A stretch of 64,000 bases of DNA, from assembly GCA_951406725.2 (NCBI GenBank), contig OX597838.1, forward strand, positions 34,224,001-34,288,000, read 5' to 3'. Of this stretch, positions 40,301 through 52,757 are shown one piece after another. The DNA comes from Octopus vulgaris (taxonomy: Eukaryota). The notes below the pieces were generated by a model that searched no databases, was not told the DNA's origin, and saw only the letters and a list, made by a program, of their open reading frames with translations. The stretch's first letter is position 1. Each line of letters opens with the position of its first letter. Both the position numbers and the translations under genes were made by a program.

Positions 40301-41752
40301 GTGATATGGTAGAAAATAAAATGCTTTTGCTTTCATTGAATGAAGAAGTTTTTTTTATATATATATAGTAAAAGAAACTGAATTCCTTGAAACATCAGCT
40401 GATTCCAAATATGTAAAAAATAGCAGCAAGCTCCCTAAAGAACAATAGATTAAGGAGACGTAAAAATTATTAAAAAAAAAGTGTGTGTGTCTGCGTGTGT
40501 GTATATATATATATATAAACAATTCATATATATATATATATTTATCAAAGTACACAGTATTATAGATTCATTTCATCTGATCTTGCCAATCAGTTTTGCA
40601 CTGGGTATTAGGTAACTGGATATTAGATAACATCAAGGTTAGCAACACCATGTGCTCTTCACAGATGGCAGTTTTGGAAAAAATATGGAGACTTATGGAT
40701 TCTTAGATGACTATTTATATCTATATAGACAAACACACACACACATATATATACATATATATGTGTGTATACACACACAATATATTCCTATTACATTGAA
40801 AATTTTCAAGAAAACAGCAATTATTTAAATATTGATGCAAAATGAGATTATAGTACTTATAGTATTAGTAGTAGCAGTAATAATAATCTTCAAGATTGGC
40901 CCAAAGCCACAAATAATTTTGGAAAAGGGGCATTAATCAACTGCTATTTACTCTAAATTAAATGGAAGAAAATCATAGCTGACTCTCCTCTGCTCTCCCT
41001 TGTCCAGGTAGCATCTTGAATTTCTGAACATAAAGGGAGATAACTAAAATACAGCCTTTTTTTATTTATTATTCTGGTGCTCTACCTTTGTTAATAATAA
41101 TAATAATAATAATAATGATGATGATAATAATACTAATAATAATTCTTTTTCGTAAGGAATTTGAAAATTATTATAAATTTTTTACACCTTATATAGAAAC
41201 AATCTACCTATAAGGTATTTTTTATTATTGAAACTAATAAAACACAGCCCCCCCCCCAATCCCAAGCCCCACTTGTCATCCAACAGTGTGTGTACAGTAT
41301 AGAAATTGTAAATAGCTATCAAAATAAATTTATTTGGGCTGGAGACATTCCAAAATTTTTAATTTCAGCAGATTTTTCCTGTTGTTCATTATTTTTGTTT
41401 CAAAATTTTACTTTATTTTATGCTACTTTATATTTTTTTTCTTTTTTTTTACAAATTATTTTATAAATACATCATGGCACACCCAAAAACAAACTCCTCA
41501 AAACCCCAATCTGATTTTTAAATTCTTTTGATAAATACAATATAAGTAATCTTTTTCATTTAATTTTTATTCTTTCTTTCATCTTTTATTTTTTAAAAAA
41601 TAATTTGCATCAGTATATAAAATCATTAATCATTAATATTATCTGACTTCACTCCCTCTATGCCTGGACTCAGTTTTAAAAGTGCAGCATGAAGTTTATA
41701 TCTACCTAAATATACATATGTATCTGTATACTTTATCTATTTATCCATATAT

Positions 41753-41790
<38 letters not shown>

Positions 41791-42229
41791 GCACATACAT
41801 ATACAGAATATATGTAAATAAACACACCTAAATACATGTGCGTATGTATATGTGTGTATGTATGTATACATAAATAGATAGCACATATCTATATACATAT
41901 ACACACACAAATAATTACATATATATAAATAATTTAATATATACCTATAATTGAAAAATGGGATAAAATCTTTATAAGAATTTATCCTATTTTTAAATTA
42001 TGGGTATATATATATATGTGTGTGTGTAAGGGAAGAAGAGAGAGTGATAATACAAAGATCCGTCTACAAATTCTAAACCAAGAGAAAGACGAATGTTAAA
42101 TGCAGAAATAAATAATCACATCACAGACATGCATTGGGGAGAAAAAGGAAAAAAAATTAACTACCAACTGACAGTCACATTCTTCAGGGAGCAGCTGTAT
42201 AATGTCATTAAAATAATGATAATAATAAT

Positions 42230-43310
42230 AATTGTTTCTAATTTATGCACAAGGCAAGTAATTTGGTGGGGAAGGGTGTTAGTCAATTAAATTGACACCA
42301 GCGCTTGGACTGGTATCTGGTATCCTTAACCCATGAAAGGATGAGACATAAAGATAATCCTGGTAGGATTTGAACTCAGAATGTAATAAGCAGGGAGAAA
42401 TACAGCAAGGCCTTCTTTGCAGCACTTGAACAATTCTACTAACTCACTGCCATAACAATAATAATAATAATTTCGAATTTTGCCACAAGGGCAGCCATTT
42501 TAGGGAAGGGGATATGTCAATTACATCGACCCCAGTCTTCAACTTGTACTTAATTTATCGACTGTGAAAGGATGAAAGCCACAGTCAACCTCAGTGGATG
42601 TTGAACTCAGAACGTAGCAGCAGACGAAATACCGCTAAGCATTTGGCCTGGCATGCTAACAATTCTGCCAGCTCACCGCTTTAATAATAATAATGATAAT
42701 AATAGTCCTTTCTATTAGAGGTACAAGGCCTGAAATTTGGGGTAGGAGGATAGTAGATTACATTGACCCCAGTACTCAACTGGTACTTAATTTATCGACC
42801 TTGAAAAGATGAAAGGTAAAGATGACCTTGGCGGAATTTGAGTCCAGAAGATAAAAATGGAAGAAATGCCACTAAGGCCATTACCCAGTGTGCCAACGGT
42901 TCTGCCAGCTTGCTGCCTTAATATCAATAATTCTTTCTAATTTTGGCACAAGGCCAGCAATGTTGAGTGGAGTGGAGTGGAGTGGGGTGGGAAAGAAATC
43001 GATTATGTTGACCCCCCAGTACTTGGCTAGTACTTTATTTCATTTTATCAACTCTGTAAGGATGAAAGGCAAAGTCGACCTTGGCAGAATTTGAACTCAG
43101 AATGCAAATAACTGGAAGTAATACGCTAAGCATTTTATCCAACGCAATAGTGATTTTACCAGCTCACCACCTGTAATAACAATCCATTTAACTAAAGACA
43201 CAGGGCCTGAAATTTTAAGGGATGGGTCTGGGTAGCTAGTCAATTACATCAATACCAGTGATCAAATGGTACTTATTTTATTGACCCCAAAAAGATGAAA
43301 GGCAAATATA
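42230..43310 (-). mobile_element. Head-to-tail cluster of about 5 family B SINEs separated by (AAT)n
   Basis: About 230-bp periodic units (caaggcctgaaattt...gaaaggatgaaagg...ctgccagctc); a similar two-unit cluster lies at about 44940-45430. Confidence 0.8.
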
Positions 43311-43674
43311 ATAATAATAATAATAATGACGATGATAATTTTCATTGAGGTGCAACACCTTCGGATTTATTATGGGGGGTGGGCAAAACGAGCTGCAGGA
43401 ACATTTGTGCCTCTCCCTCTTCAAGTGGACAGGACACTGGCAGCAGCATAACGGGATGTGATGTGGTAACATAACAACCAGGTATCAAAATCTAGGTTGT
43501 GCATTAAGCTCACTAGGAGCTTAGCTCTCTCTCTCTCTCTCTCACTCTTTTCTTTCTATGCACTAGCCACTACAGTTATAATAATAATAATAATAATAAT
43601 GCAGAATTTAACTTCTCCAAAAATTCAAAGGTTTCAGTGATGAATGGAAGTGTGAACAAAATAAAAATTGTTTT

Positions 43675-43733
<59 letters not shown>

Positions 43734-43743
43734 TAATCCAAAC

Positions 43744-43774
<31 letters not shown>

Positions 43775-43822
43775 CTGGTTAAAATTCTACACCCAGAATC
43801 CAGCTGGAAAGATATACATATA

Positions 43823-43869
<47 letters not shown>

Positions 43870-44179
43870 GTATATGTATAATATTAAATAAATAAAAATA
43901 AATTCTTTTATACAGAGTCAGCACCCAGCATTAGCTTAGTTAGTTGCTGGACTGATACAGCAGGGTTTGAAGAGATAAGATACAATACACTTAGCTGTTT
44001 AATCAAAATATTTGGCCAACAGCCAGGAGCAGAGGCAGAGAGAAAGCTCTCCTTCCTCCACGCCCACCACCTTTAAGGAACAAAACAAACAACTGTAAGG
44101 AAAACAACAGGGACTCATTTACTGACAAAAATACTGGAGATGACTGGATACTATAATACATATATATATATATATATAA

Positions 44180-44209
<30 letters not shown>

Positions 44210-44214
<5 letters not shown>

Positions 44215-44412
44215 AGAGGAAAAATTATAAAAAGGCAGAATGCTTTAATTGAAGGTAAATTTTAATAAAAGTGGGTGTATGGAAAATTTTTTAAAAACAA
44301 TAATCTTAGAGTTATTATTTTTATATTTAAAAAAATTTTTCCATACACCCATTTTTATTAAAATTTATCTTCAATTTAGCATTCTGCCTTTTTATAATTT
44401 TTTCTCTCCTAT
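44210..44412. repeat. About 200-bp near-perfect inverted repeat (foldback, TA-flanked)
   Basis: Arms of about 85 bp: taggagaggaaaaattataaaaaggcagaatgc...gggtgtatggaaaa versus ttttccatacaccc...gcattctgccttttataattttttctctccta. Confidence 0.9.
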
Positions 44413-45161
44413 CATTTCTCCACGTGCGGTCAACACAACCCCACCGTTTATTGATTTATATATATATGTATATATATATATATACATAAATACATACATA
44501 CACATTATACATTTGGATTTTCACAAAACTCAATATAATGTCGCAGAGTTTACTTATTTGAATGGGATGATTCACTTGGTCACCACTCAGATGATTTATT
44601 TGTCACTGTATGTCATTGATAGAAAGCAAAGGACAGTCTATAAGGTGAGGTTTGAGCAGCAAAAGAAGGAATCACCAATTCTGAATTGGGGGTTAAGGGA
44701 GAGAAAGACAGGAACAGGGGGGAAAAAAAAAGATGTGTTCTGTCTAGAAGTGACTGCAGGCATGCATGTGAGGAGGGCTGGAGGATTTAAAAGTTGACAG
44801 AGAACTAAAGAGAAATTAAATTAAAAAAAAAAAAAAAAATTCTAACAGAAGGCATGAGGTCATAGATTTCTGAGAAGTGAGTAGATGTAATCAACCCTCA
44901 AAGATTGAAAAGTGAAGATGTCTTCTTTGACAGGACTTAATAATAATACTTTCTAATATAGGCACAAGGCCTGAAATTTGTGGGGGGAGGGGACTAGTTG
45001 ATTACATCGACCCCAGTGTTTCACTGGTACTTAACTTATCGACCCTGAAAGGATGAAGGACAAAGTTGACCTCAGTGGAATTTGAACCCAGAACGTAAAG
45101 ATGGCCAAAATGCTGCTAAGCATTTTGTCCAGGGTACTAATGATTCTGCTAGCTTGCCGCC

Positions 45162-45193
<32 letters not shown>

Positions 45194-45479
45194 CCTTTTT
45201 TTTTATAGGCACAAGGCCTGGAATTTGTTGGGAATGGATTAGTTGATAACATCCACCCCAGTCCTTGACTGGTACTTAATTTGTCAACACCGAAAGGATG
45301 TAAGGTAAAGTCAACCTCGGTGGAATCTGAACCCAGAATGTCAACACAAATGAAATATCGGCAAGCATTTCGCCAGGTGTGCTAACAACTCTGCCAGGTG
45401 TGCTAACAACTCTGCCAGCCTGCCACCTTTATAATAATAATAATAATGATAATAATAATAGCCTATTTTTAAGTTAGAG

Positions 45480-46345
45480 TAGAGACGGTGTGAGTGTGTG
45501 TGTGAGAAAGAGATATAAGAGAAAATAAGTGTAAGGGGGAGAGAGGTGTGCAAGAAAAAGGGGAGAGTGATATGTGAGAGAGAGAGAGAGGTGTGTGTTT
45601 GAGAAAGAGGGGGGGAGAGAGATGTTCGTGAGAAAGAGGGGAGAGGAAGAGATGTGAAAAAGAGGTGAGAGATGTGTGGAAAAGAAAGATGTTTGTGAAA
45701 AAGAGGGCAGATGGAGTAGTGAGAGAGAGAGAGAGAGATTGTGAGAAAGAGAAAAGAAAGAAATGTAAGTAAATGAGAAAATAAGTGTGTGAGAAAAGGG
45801 AGAAAGAAAGGGAGAGATGTTTGTGAAAAGGGCAGAGGGAGTAGTGAGAAAGAGGGGGAGATGTAATAAAGGGGGAGAAAGGAAAAAGAGAGAAATGTGT
45901 GTGAGAGAAAGAGGTGCGAGAAAGTGGGAAAATAGGTATAAAAGAAAAGGAGATAGAGAGGTGTGTGTAAGAAAGTGGGGAGAGAGAGATATGCAAGAAA
46001 AAAAGGGGAGAAAGTGTGAGAAAGAAGGGAGAGAAGTGTAGGAAAGAAAGATGTTTGTGTAAAAGAGGGAGAGAGATGTGAGAAAGGAGAAAGAGAGAGA
46101 GATGTGAGAAAGGAGAAAGAGATAGAGATGTGTGTGAGTAAGAGGGGGAGAGAGATGTGAGAAAGGAGAAAGAGAGATGTAAGAGGGGGAGAAAGATGTG
46201 AAAGAGGGGAGAGAGAGATGTGTGTGAGTAAGAGGGGAGAGAGGTGTGTGTAAGAGGGGGAGAGATGTGAGAAAGGAGAAAGAGGAGAGAGAGAGAACGA
46301 GAAGTTTGTGATGAAGAGAAGAGTGAGAAAGAAAAAAGAGCAAGA
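45480..46345. repeat. About 860-bp purine-rich (GA) low-complexity tract
   Basis: Almost C-free plus strand built from gagagatgtg(tg)agaaagg-like quasi-repeats. Confidence 0.9.
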
Positions 46346-46666
46346 AAAACTTTAAGGGGGTGGTGGAGCAGGGTGGGTTAGGGTGGGAAAAGAATCCAAG
46401 GAACAGAATTGCAAGAAAGATAATAAAAAAAAAAAACACAAAAAAAAGAGCAATAGAAAACATAAATAAAAGTTCATCCCACTAAATTCATTATTATTAT
46501 TACAAACATGATAAATTATTGGTTAAATTGTTTACTGGTACGAAGACAAACTAGTGGTAGCACATCTTGTAGGATATGACACACGCACAAAATAAAAAAT
46601 AAATTAAAAAAAAAAATCACTGATTTAACATCTTTACTACAGAATTGCGCAATCACACATTTCAGT

Positions 46667-46672
46667 TTTAAT
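46667..46672 (-). terminator. Candidate proximal polyadenylation signal (ATTAAA) of unkempt
   Basis: ATTAAA on the minus strand about 300 nt after the stop, followed by a U-rich/GU tract (complement of about 46580-46620). Confidence 0.3.
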
Positions 46673-46687
46673 AATTATATAATAATA

Positions 46688-46718
<31 letters not shown>

Positions 46719-46818
46719 TAGTAATAATGATAATAATAATAATAATAAAGGCCATAGCTTATGCCACGACTGAAATTGATATATATATAATTATTATTGT
46801 TACATACATATCTATATA

Positions 46819-46856
<38 letters not shown>

Positions 46857-46861
46857 GATAG

Positions 46862-46894
<33 letters not shown>

Positions 46895-46969
46895 AATGTA
46901 TGTATGTATATTTGAAAAAAGCCTATAATTGGAATACAAGTCCTTTTAAACAATTTGCAAAATTATTAA

Positions 46970-47146
46970 TTACATAGGTTGCATACTAGATGTAGTCCGT
47001 TGAATTTGAGTATGGCAATACGCACACTCGGTGCACTTTGGTGCACAAACTTCACATGTGACACAGTGTTTGCATGGTATTAACGTCACAGTTCGATTCC
47101 GTTCTTTGCATACAATACATTTTCTAGAGCCAAAGTGATACAACAC
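46970..47146 (-). CDS. unk: Unkempt terminal exon, C3HC4 RING finger and stop
   Basis: Poly-T tract + AG acceptor. 177 nt: VLYHFGSRKCIVCKERNRTVTLIPCKHCVTCEVCAPKCTECAYCHTQIQRTTSSMQPM*, with RING ligands CxxC...CxH...CxxC...CxxC. Absent from the ORF track because it is under 60 aa. Confidence 0.95.
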   Translation of the reverse strand: MLYHFGSRKCIVCKERNRTVTLIPCKHCVTCEVCAPKCTECAYCHTQIQRTTSSMQPM

Positions 47147-49343
47147 CTAAAAAAAAAAAAAAAAAAAAAAAAGATAAATATATAAATAAATAAATAAATA
47201 AACTTTTCAAATGATTAAGGAAGCAAAAAAAAAAAAAATTTTTTTTTTTGTTATTTTTACAAAGACAGAAACAAACATAGCAAATGTCCTCACCCACCCA
47301 TACTTATCTTCTGAAATCTGAGATCAAAATTTGGGGAGAAGGTTAAAATTTGTCCCCACCCTCATCCTTCAGTTGAATCCAGGTGCAGGCAACCTTTTAT
47401 GAGAAGCAAGTGGCAGGAACTCATCACCCAAGGGCTGCATGACTAAGAATTTTCAAGGTAAATATTTCATTTAGGCATGCATTCTTGAAAAGTCTGAGGG
47501 TCAGTTTGCCCATGACGTGGTTTTTGGGGTCGACCGCGTCCTCCACTTCATTTTTTGTAAATCACTCATTCTCATTTAATTGTATGTATTTTAATTATTT
47601 GTTTATTCATACGTTTTGTCTCATTCGATACCCTGACCCCAATGTTTGTTTTGTCTGTCCTCATATCATCCCCTCTTTTTCTCAACCTCATGGTTAATAA
47701 AGAAATTGACTGGTTTAACCTTTTGCCTGTCCAAAACGTTTTCATAATTTTCATGTAAAAAGCACCATCCGATCATGGCCGTTTACCAGCCTCGTCTGGC
47801 ACGTAAAAAGCACCCACTACACTCACGGAGTGGTTGACGTTAGGAAGGGCATCCAGCCGTAGAAACATTGCCAGATCAGACTGGGCCTGGTGCAGCCTTC
47901 TGGCTTCCCAGACCCCAGTTGCACCGTCCAACCCATGCTAGCATGGAAAGCGGACGCTAAACGATGATGATGATGATGTCCCTTCTTGTTGTGAGTGATG
48001 AAACACTTTCCTTTCGTAAGTCTCAAGTTACTCTGGTTATTGAATGATGCATGGAAGCAAAGATATATTTAAAGAAATAAGTCCTGTGCATCACGTGTGA
48101 GAAAACAGGACAGGCAAGAGATTAAAGAAACTTAAAACACAATTTTATGAGTTACCCGAAACAGATGAGTAACAATCTGTGAAGTTGCTGCAGAACTGGA
48201 CTGTGGTCACAATGCATTACGAAAGACGATGGCAGAGAAAGAAAGATGTGTATGAAAAAGAGGGGAGGGAGGTGAGAGAAAGAAGTGAGAAAGGTGTAGG
48301 AAAGAGAGATCATCATCATCATCATCATCATTGTTTAACATCCGCTTTCCATGCTGGCATGGGTTGGGCAATTTGACTGAGGTCTGGCGAACCAGATAGC
48401 TGCACCAAGCTCCAGTCTTGATCTGGCAGAGTTTCTACAGCTGGATGCCCTTCCTAATGCCAACCACTCTGAGAGTGTAGTGGGTTCTTTTATGTGTCAC
48501 CGGCATTAGGGCCAGTCAGGCGGTACTGGCAACAGCCAAGCTCAAATGGTGCTTTTTATGTGCCACCTGCACAGTAGCCAGTCCAGCGGCACTGGCAACG
48601 ACCTCGCTTGAATATTTTTTCATGTGCCACCAGCACAAGTGCCAGTAAGGTGGCGCAGATAACGATCACACTCAAATGGTGTTTTTTACATGCCACCAGC
48701 ACGGAGGCCAGCTTCTTGCTCTGGCAACGATCACGCTCGTATGGTACTCTTAGCACCCCACTAGCATGGATGCCAGTCATTAAACTTGATTTCGATTTAA
48801 GAGGAGAGAGGGAAAAGAGAGAGATGTGTGTATATGAGTAAAAAGGGGAAAGGGTGTACAAAGTGGGTTCCTTGGCAGCGGATACCTGATTTCAAGGGGA
48901 GAAGGTGGGGAAAAGTCTGCCCTGAACTGCTGGAAGCATTTGAAGCTAATGAAGATACATGTCTTCCGATCAGGTGACATGAGATGAAATGTGGCTGGCT
49001 GTATCTTTATGATACTGCCATAATCCTTGCCTTCAGTTCATCTTTGGTGTTACAAGGAGTTTTGTTGCATGCATGCATGCATGCATGTATGTATGTATTT
49101 CTTTACTACCCACAAGGGGCTAAACACAGAGGGGACAAACAAGGACAGACAAATGGATTAAGTCGATTACATCGACCCGAGTGCGTAACTGGTACTTAAT
49201 TTATCGACCCCGAAAGGATGAAAGGCAAAGTCGACCTCGGCGGAATTTGGACTCAGAACGTAACGGCAGATGAAATACGGCTACGCATTTTGCCCGGCGT
49301 GCTAACGTTTCTGCCAGCTCGCCGCATGTATGTATGTATATAT

Positions 49344-49708
49344 AGCTTGTTTACCAACCACATGGTACCGGGTTCAGTCCCACTGCGTGGCACCTTGGGT
49401 AAGTGTCTTCTACTATAGCCTCGGGCCGACCAAAGCCTTGTGAGTGGATTTGGTAGACGGAAACTGAAAGAAGCCCGTCGTGTATATGTATATATATGCG
49501 TGTGTGTTTGTGTGTCTGTGTTTGTCCCCTAGTATTGCTTGACAACCGATGCTGGTGTGTTTATGTCCCCGTTACTTAGCGGTTCGGCAAAAGAGACCGA
49601 AAGAATAAGCACTGGGCTTACAAAAGAATAAGTCCCAGGATCGAGTTGCTCGATTAAAGGCGGTGCTCCAGCATGGCCGCAGTCAAATGACTGAAACAAG
49701 TAAAAGAG

Positions 49709-49709
<1 letters not shown>
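49344..49709 (+). mobile_element. SINE family A copy (5'-truncated) in the last unkempt intron
   Basis: Collinear with 428-851 from tagcttgtttaccaacc onward. Confidence 0.85.
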
Positions 49710-49739
<30 letters not shown>

Positions 49740-49828
49740 AGAGAGAGAGAGAGAGAGAAGATGTAGAGATAAAGAGGAAGGAGAGAGTAATTTTTTTTAT
49801 TTTACCGACAGAAAGGTGTGCAACCTAC

Positions 49829-49999
49829 CTCATCCACATGTTTACTCTCAATTCTTAATTGCTGTTGAATTTGTTTAAGTTGTTGAAAAGCAAGGTGATC
49901 TAATTCGTTGCTTTGAGAACAGAGTGGAAAAGAATTGAGAGAAGACCCAGATTTAAGCTTCTCCACTTCCATTTGCAGTGTCTTCACACGACTTAATGC
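49829..49999 (-). CDS. unk: Unkempt penultimate exon
   Basis: tttacctacAG acceptor, GTaggt donor. 171 nt, phase 0-0: ALSRVKTLQMEVEKLKSGSSLNSFPLCSQSNELDHLAFQQLKQIQQQLRIESKHVDE. Confidence 0.92.
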
Positions 50000-50269
50000 C
50001 TGTAGGTAAACAAAGAAAACAAAATTAATCTTTAGAAACTCTACGACGCTTACCGTTAATAATCTTTGGTGCTGTAAACACTGCTTCCCTTATACAAAAA
50101 AAAAAGGGACAAAATTGAAAGTTTGGATGAATTCTTAAGATTACTCTCAACAATGTTAGTGCAGACACAACTATAATAACTGAAGGCCACTGCTGAGTTT
50201 TTGACACATATTTTAAAATTCAGGGGTAATGGGATTAATTAGAAATTTTAATCATCATCATCTTCCTTC

Positions 50270-50348
50270 TATGTATGTATGTATGCATGTGAATGTGTAT
50301 GTATATATACATACACACATATATATATATATATATACACATATATAT

Positions 50349-50391
<43 letters not shown>

Positions 50392-50567
50392 TATACATAT
50401 ATATACATACACACACATACACATATATATACATACACACACATACACACATCTATATACACACACATACATATACATACACACACATATACACATATAT
50501 ATATACATACATATATCATCATCATCATCATCATCGTTTAACGTCCGCTTTCCATGCTAGCATGGGT

Positions 50568-50599
<32 letters not shown>

Positions 50600-50802
50600 T
50601 ATACATATATATATACACACACACATATACATATATATATACACACACACATATACATATATATATATACACACACATATACATATACACACATATACAT
50701 ATATATATACACACATATACATATATATATACACACATATACATATATATATACACACATATACATATATATATACACACATATACATATATATATACAC
50801 AC

Positions 50803-50840
<38 letters not shown>
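50270..50840. repeat. (TA)/(CA) compound microsatellite containing a roughly 50-bp family C tail insertion
   Basis: Direct reading; catcatcgtttaacgtccgctttccatgctagcatgggtt at about 50516-50568. Confidence 0.9.
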
Positions 50841-50844
<4 letters not shown>

Positions 50845-52202
50845 ACAGGAAGTGCATCCAGGTGTAGAAAATTCACCTCAACAAAATTGTCCAACCCATG
50901 CAAGCATGCAAAAATGGAAGTAAAAACAATGATGCTGATAATGATGATTATGCAATGTTTATGGCATCGTACATCCGCCTCCTCCTTTAATGTTCATTTT
51001 CCAAGCTGGCATGAGTTGGACAGTTTGACCAGAACTGGCAAGCCAGAGAGCTGCACCAGGTTCCAGTCTGATTTGACTTGGTTTCTATGGCTGGATGCCC
51101 TTCCTAACACCAACCACTTTAGTATGAGCAGGATGCTAGTAAAATACTCAATACAGATTCAACATTGATTTACCAGAACCAGTGGTTTCGAACCCTTTTT
51201 GGATTATTTGATTTTTCTGAAGGAGAGGTGGTCACCTTGGTCAACACACTCTTAAATTAAACAAATAATAAATTTACTTAACCCTTTCGCATTTGGATTA
51301 TTCTGTCAAATGTATTACTCCTCCTCCTTATCACTTAGCGTCTGTTTTCCATGCTGGCATGGGTTGGACAGTTTGACTGGGGACTGGCAAGCCAGGAGGC
51401 CACACCAGGCTCCAATCTGATCTGGTAATGTTTCTACAGCTGGATGCCCTTCCTAATGCCAACCACTCCGAGAGTGTAGTGTGTGCTTTTTATGTGCCAC
51501 CAGCACGGGAGCCAGTCAAGAGGTACTGGCATCAGCCACAATCGGATGATGCTTTTTACATGCTACTGGCACAAGAGCCAGTCAGAGTGAAGGGACGCAG
51601 GGGGCTAGAATTATCTTGTAACTTCAAGATTTCAATTGTGTTTATATATTTTTAGAATAACATTGTAGGGTAGGTGTGAGATGTTGGATCTAGTCCGTTT
51701 TAACATAAAACAGAATATTTTGGGTGGATATGGCTGGATTAAATAAATAAATGAAATACAAGTACCTGTACTTAGTATAAATCATACAAGTTTATTAATA
51801 CTGGATTTTGCAGTAAACTAGGCTGGAAGCTGTGAGGACTTAAAGTTTCTGCTCATAAATTAGTGTGGATTGAAAGAGGTTCCACACTATCAGTGTTGTA
51901 TCTGTACAGTTTTTATGTTGTAAGTGTATAAAGTCTATACATGGCTGTGTGTACATTTGTATCACTAAGGAAATGACCAATAAATCGAAGGGTTGAACAA
52001 AAATATTTTGTGATATTTAGTCCACTAAGTTATGTCACACTTAGGACTTAGCCACTCAAAAATTGGAAATCAATAAGCTAAGTATCTAACAGAGAATGAG
52101 GGCCAATGTAATACACTAAAAGATTCCTTGAAAATGGTACCTCTGCAAAGCCACAGTCCAATGACTGATACTGAAAAATAAACAAAAAAACAAACCACTC
52201 AC

Positions 52203-52277
52203 CTCATCCCTTTGTTTGGCAACAAGTTTCATTTTCCTAAGAGATTCTTCTTCTTCTTTCTTCCATGCCTCACACGC
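52203..52277 (-). CDS. unk: Unkempt internal exon (coiled coil, ACEAW motif)
   Basis: actatccAG acceptor, GTgagt donor. 75 nt, phase 0-0: ACEAWKKEEEESLRKMKLVAKQRDE, matching the QAKxAC[DE]AW[KQ]xE signature of UNK/UNKL. Confidence 0.93.
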
Positions 52278-52409
52278 CTGGATAGTAAACAGCATTTGGA
52301 AAAGAAAAAAAAGGAGAAAATAGTCTTTTTTTTTCAAACGAGTGTTTTAGTATAAAAAATAACAAGTTGCATATTTTGTGACGTACAAGTCGATATAGTA
52401 TTCAATTCA

Positions 52410-52757
52410 ATTTTTTTTGGCTCAAAAAGCAAAAGCAAGGCCATGTAGGGGGACAGGGAGTTACGTACAGGGAGAGTGGTGATACAAAGAGTTCAGGCCA
52501 TTTCTAGTCAAGAGAGACTTTGAATCGAGCAGTCATCGGCATCTTCACTATCTCGTCCAGCAGCTTATTCCACGGATCCGCAACCCGGACGGAGAAAGCC
52601 CCTCTCCTTCGATTGAGATGAAATCGTCGTAGATAGAGCTTTTCGGAGTGACCCCGCAGCCCACACTCTGGGGTAGGAGTGAAGAACAGCTCTTTCGAGA
52701 CGTTACACTTTCCGCCTATGATGTTGTGAGCGAGAATGAGATCACCACGGCGTCAGA
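52410..52757 (-). mobile_element. CR1-clade LINE 3' end
   Basis: Minus translation RRGDLIL...LRGHSEKLYLRRFHLNRRRGAFSVRVADPWNKL...FKVSLD. Confidence 0.78.

Noticed and set aside
45474-46463. Longest ORF in the track (329 aa, Ser/Leu/Phe/His-rich)
   Set aside because: Stop-free only because the minus strand is a C/T-rich low-complexity tract; no domain features.
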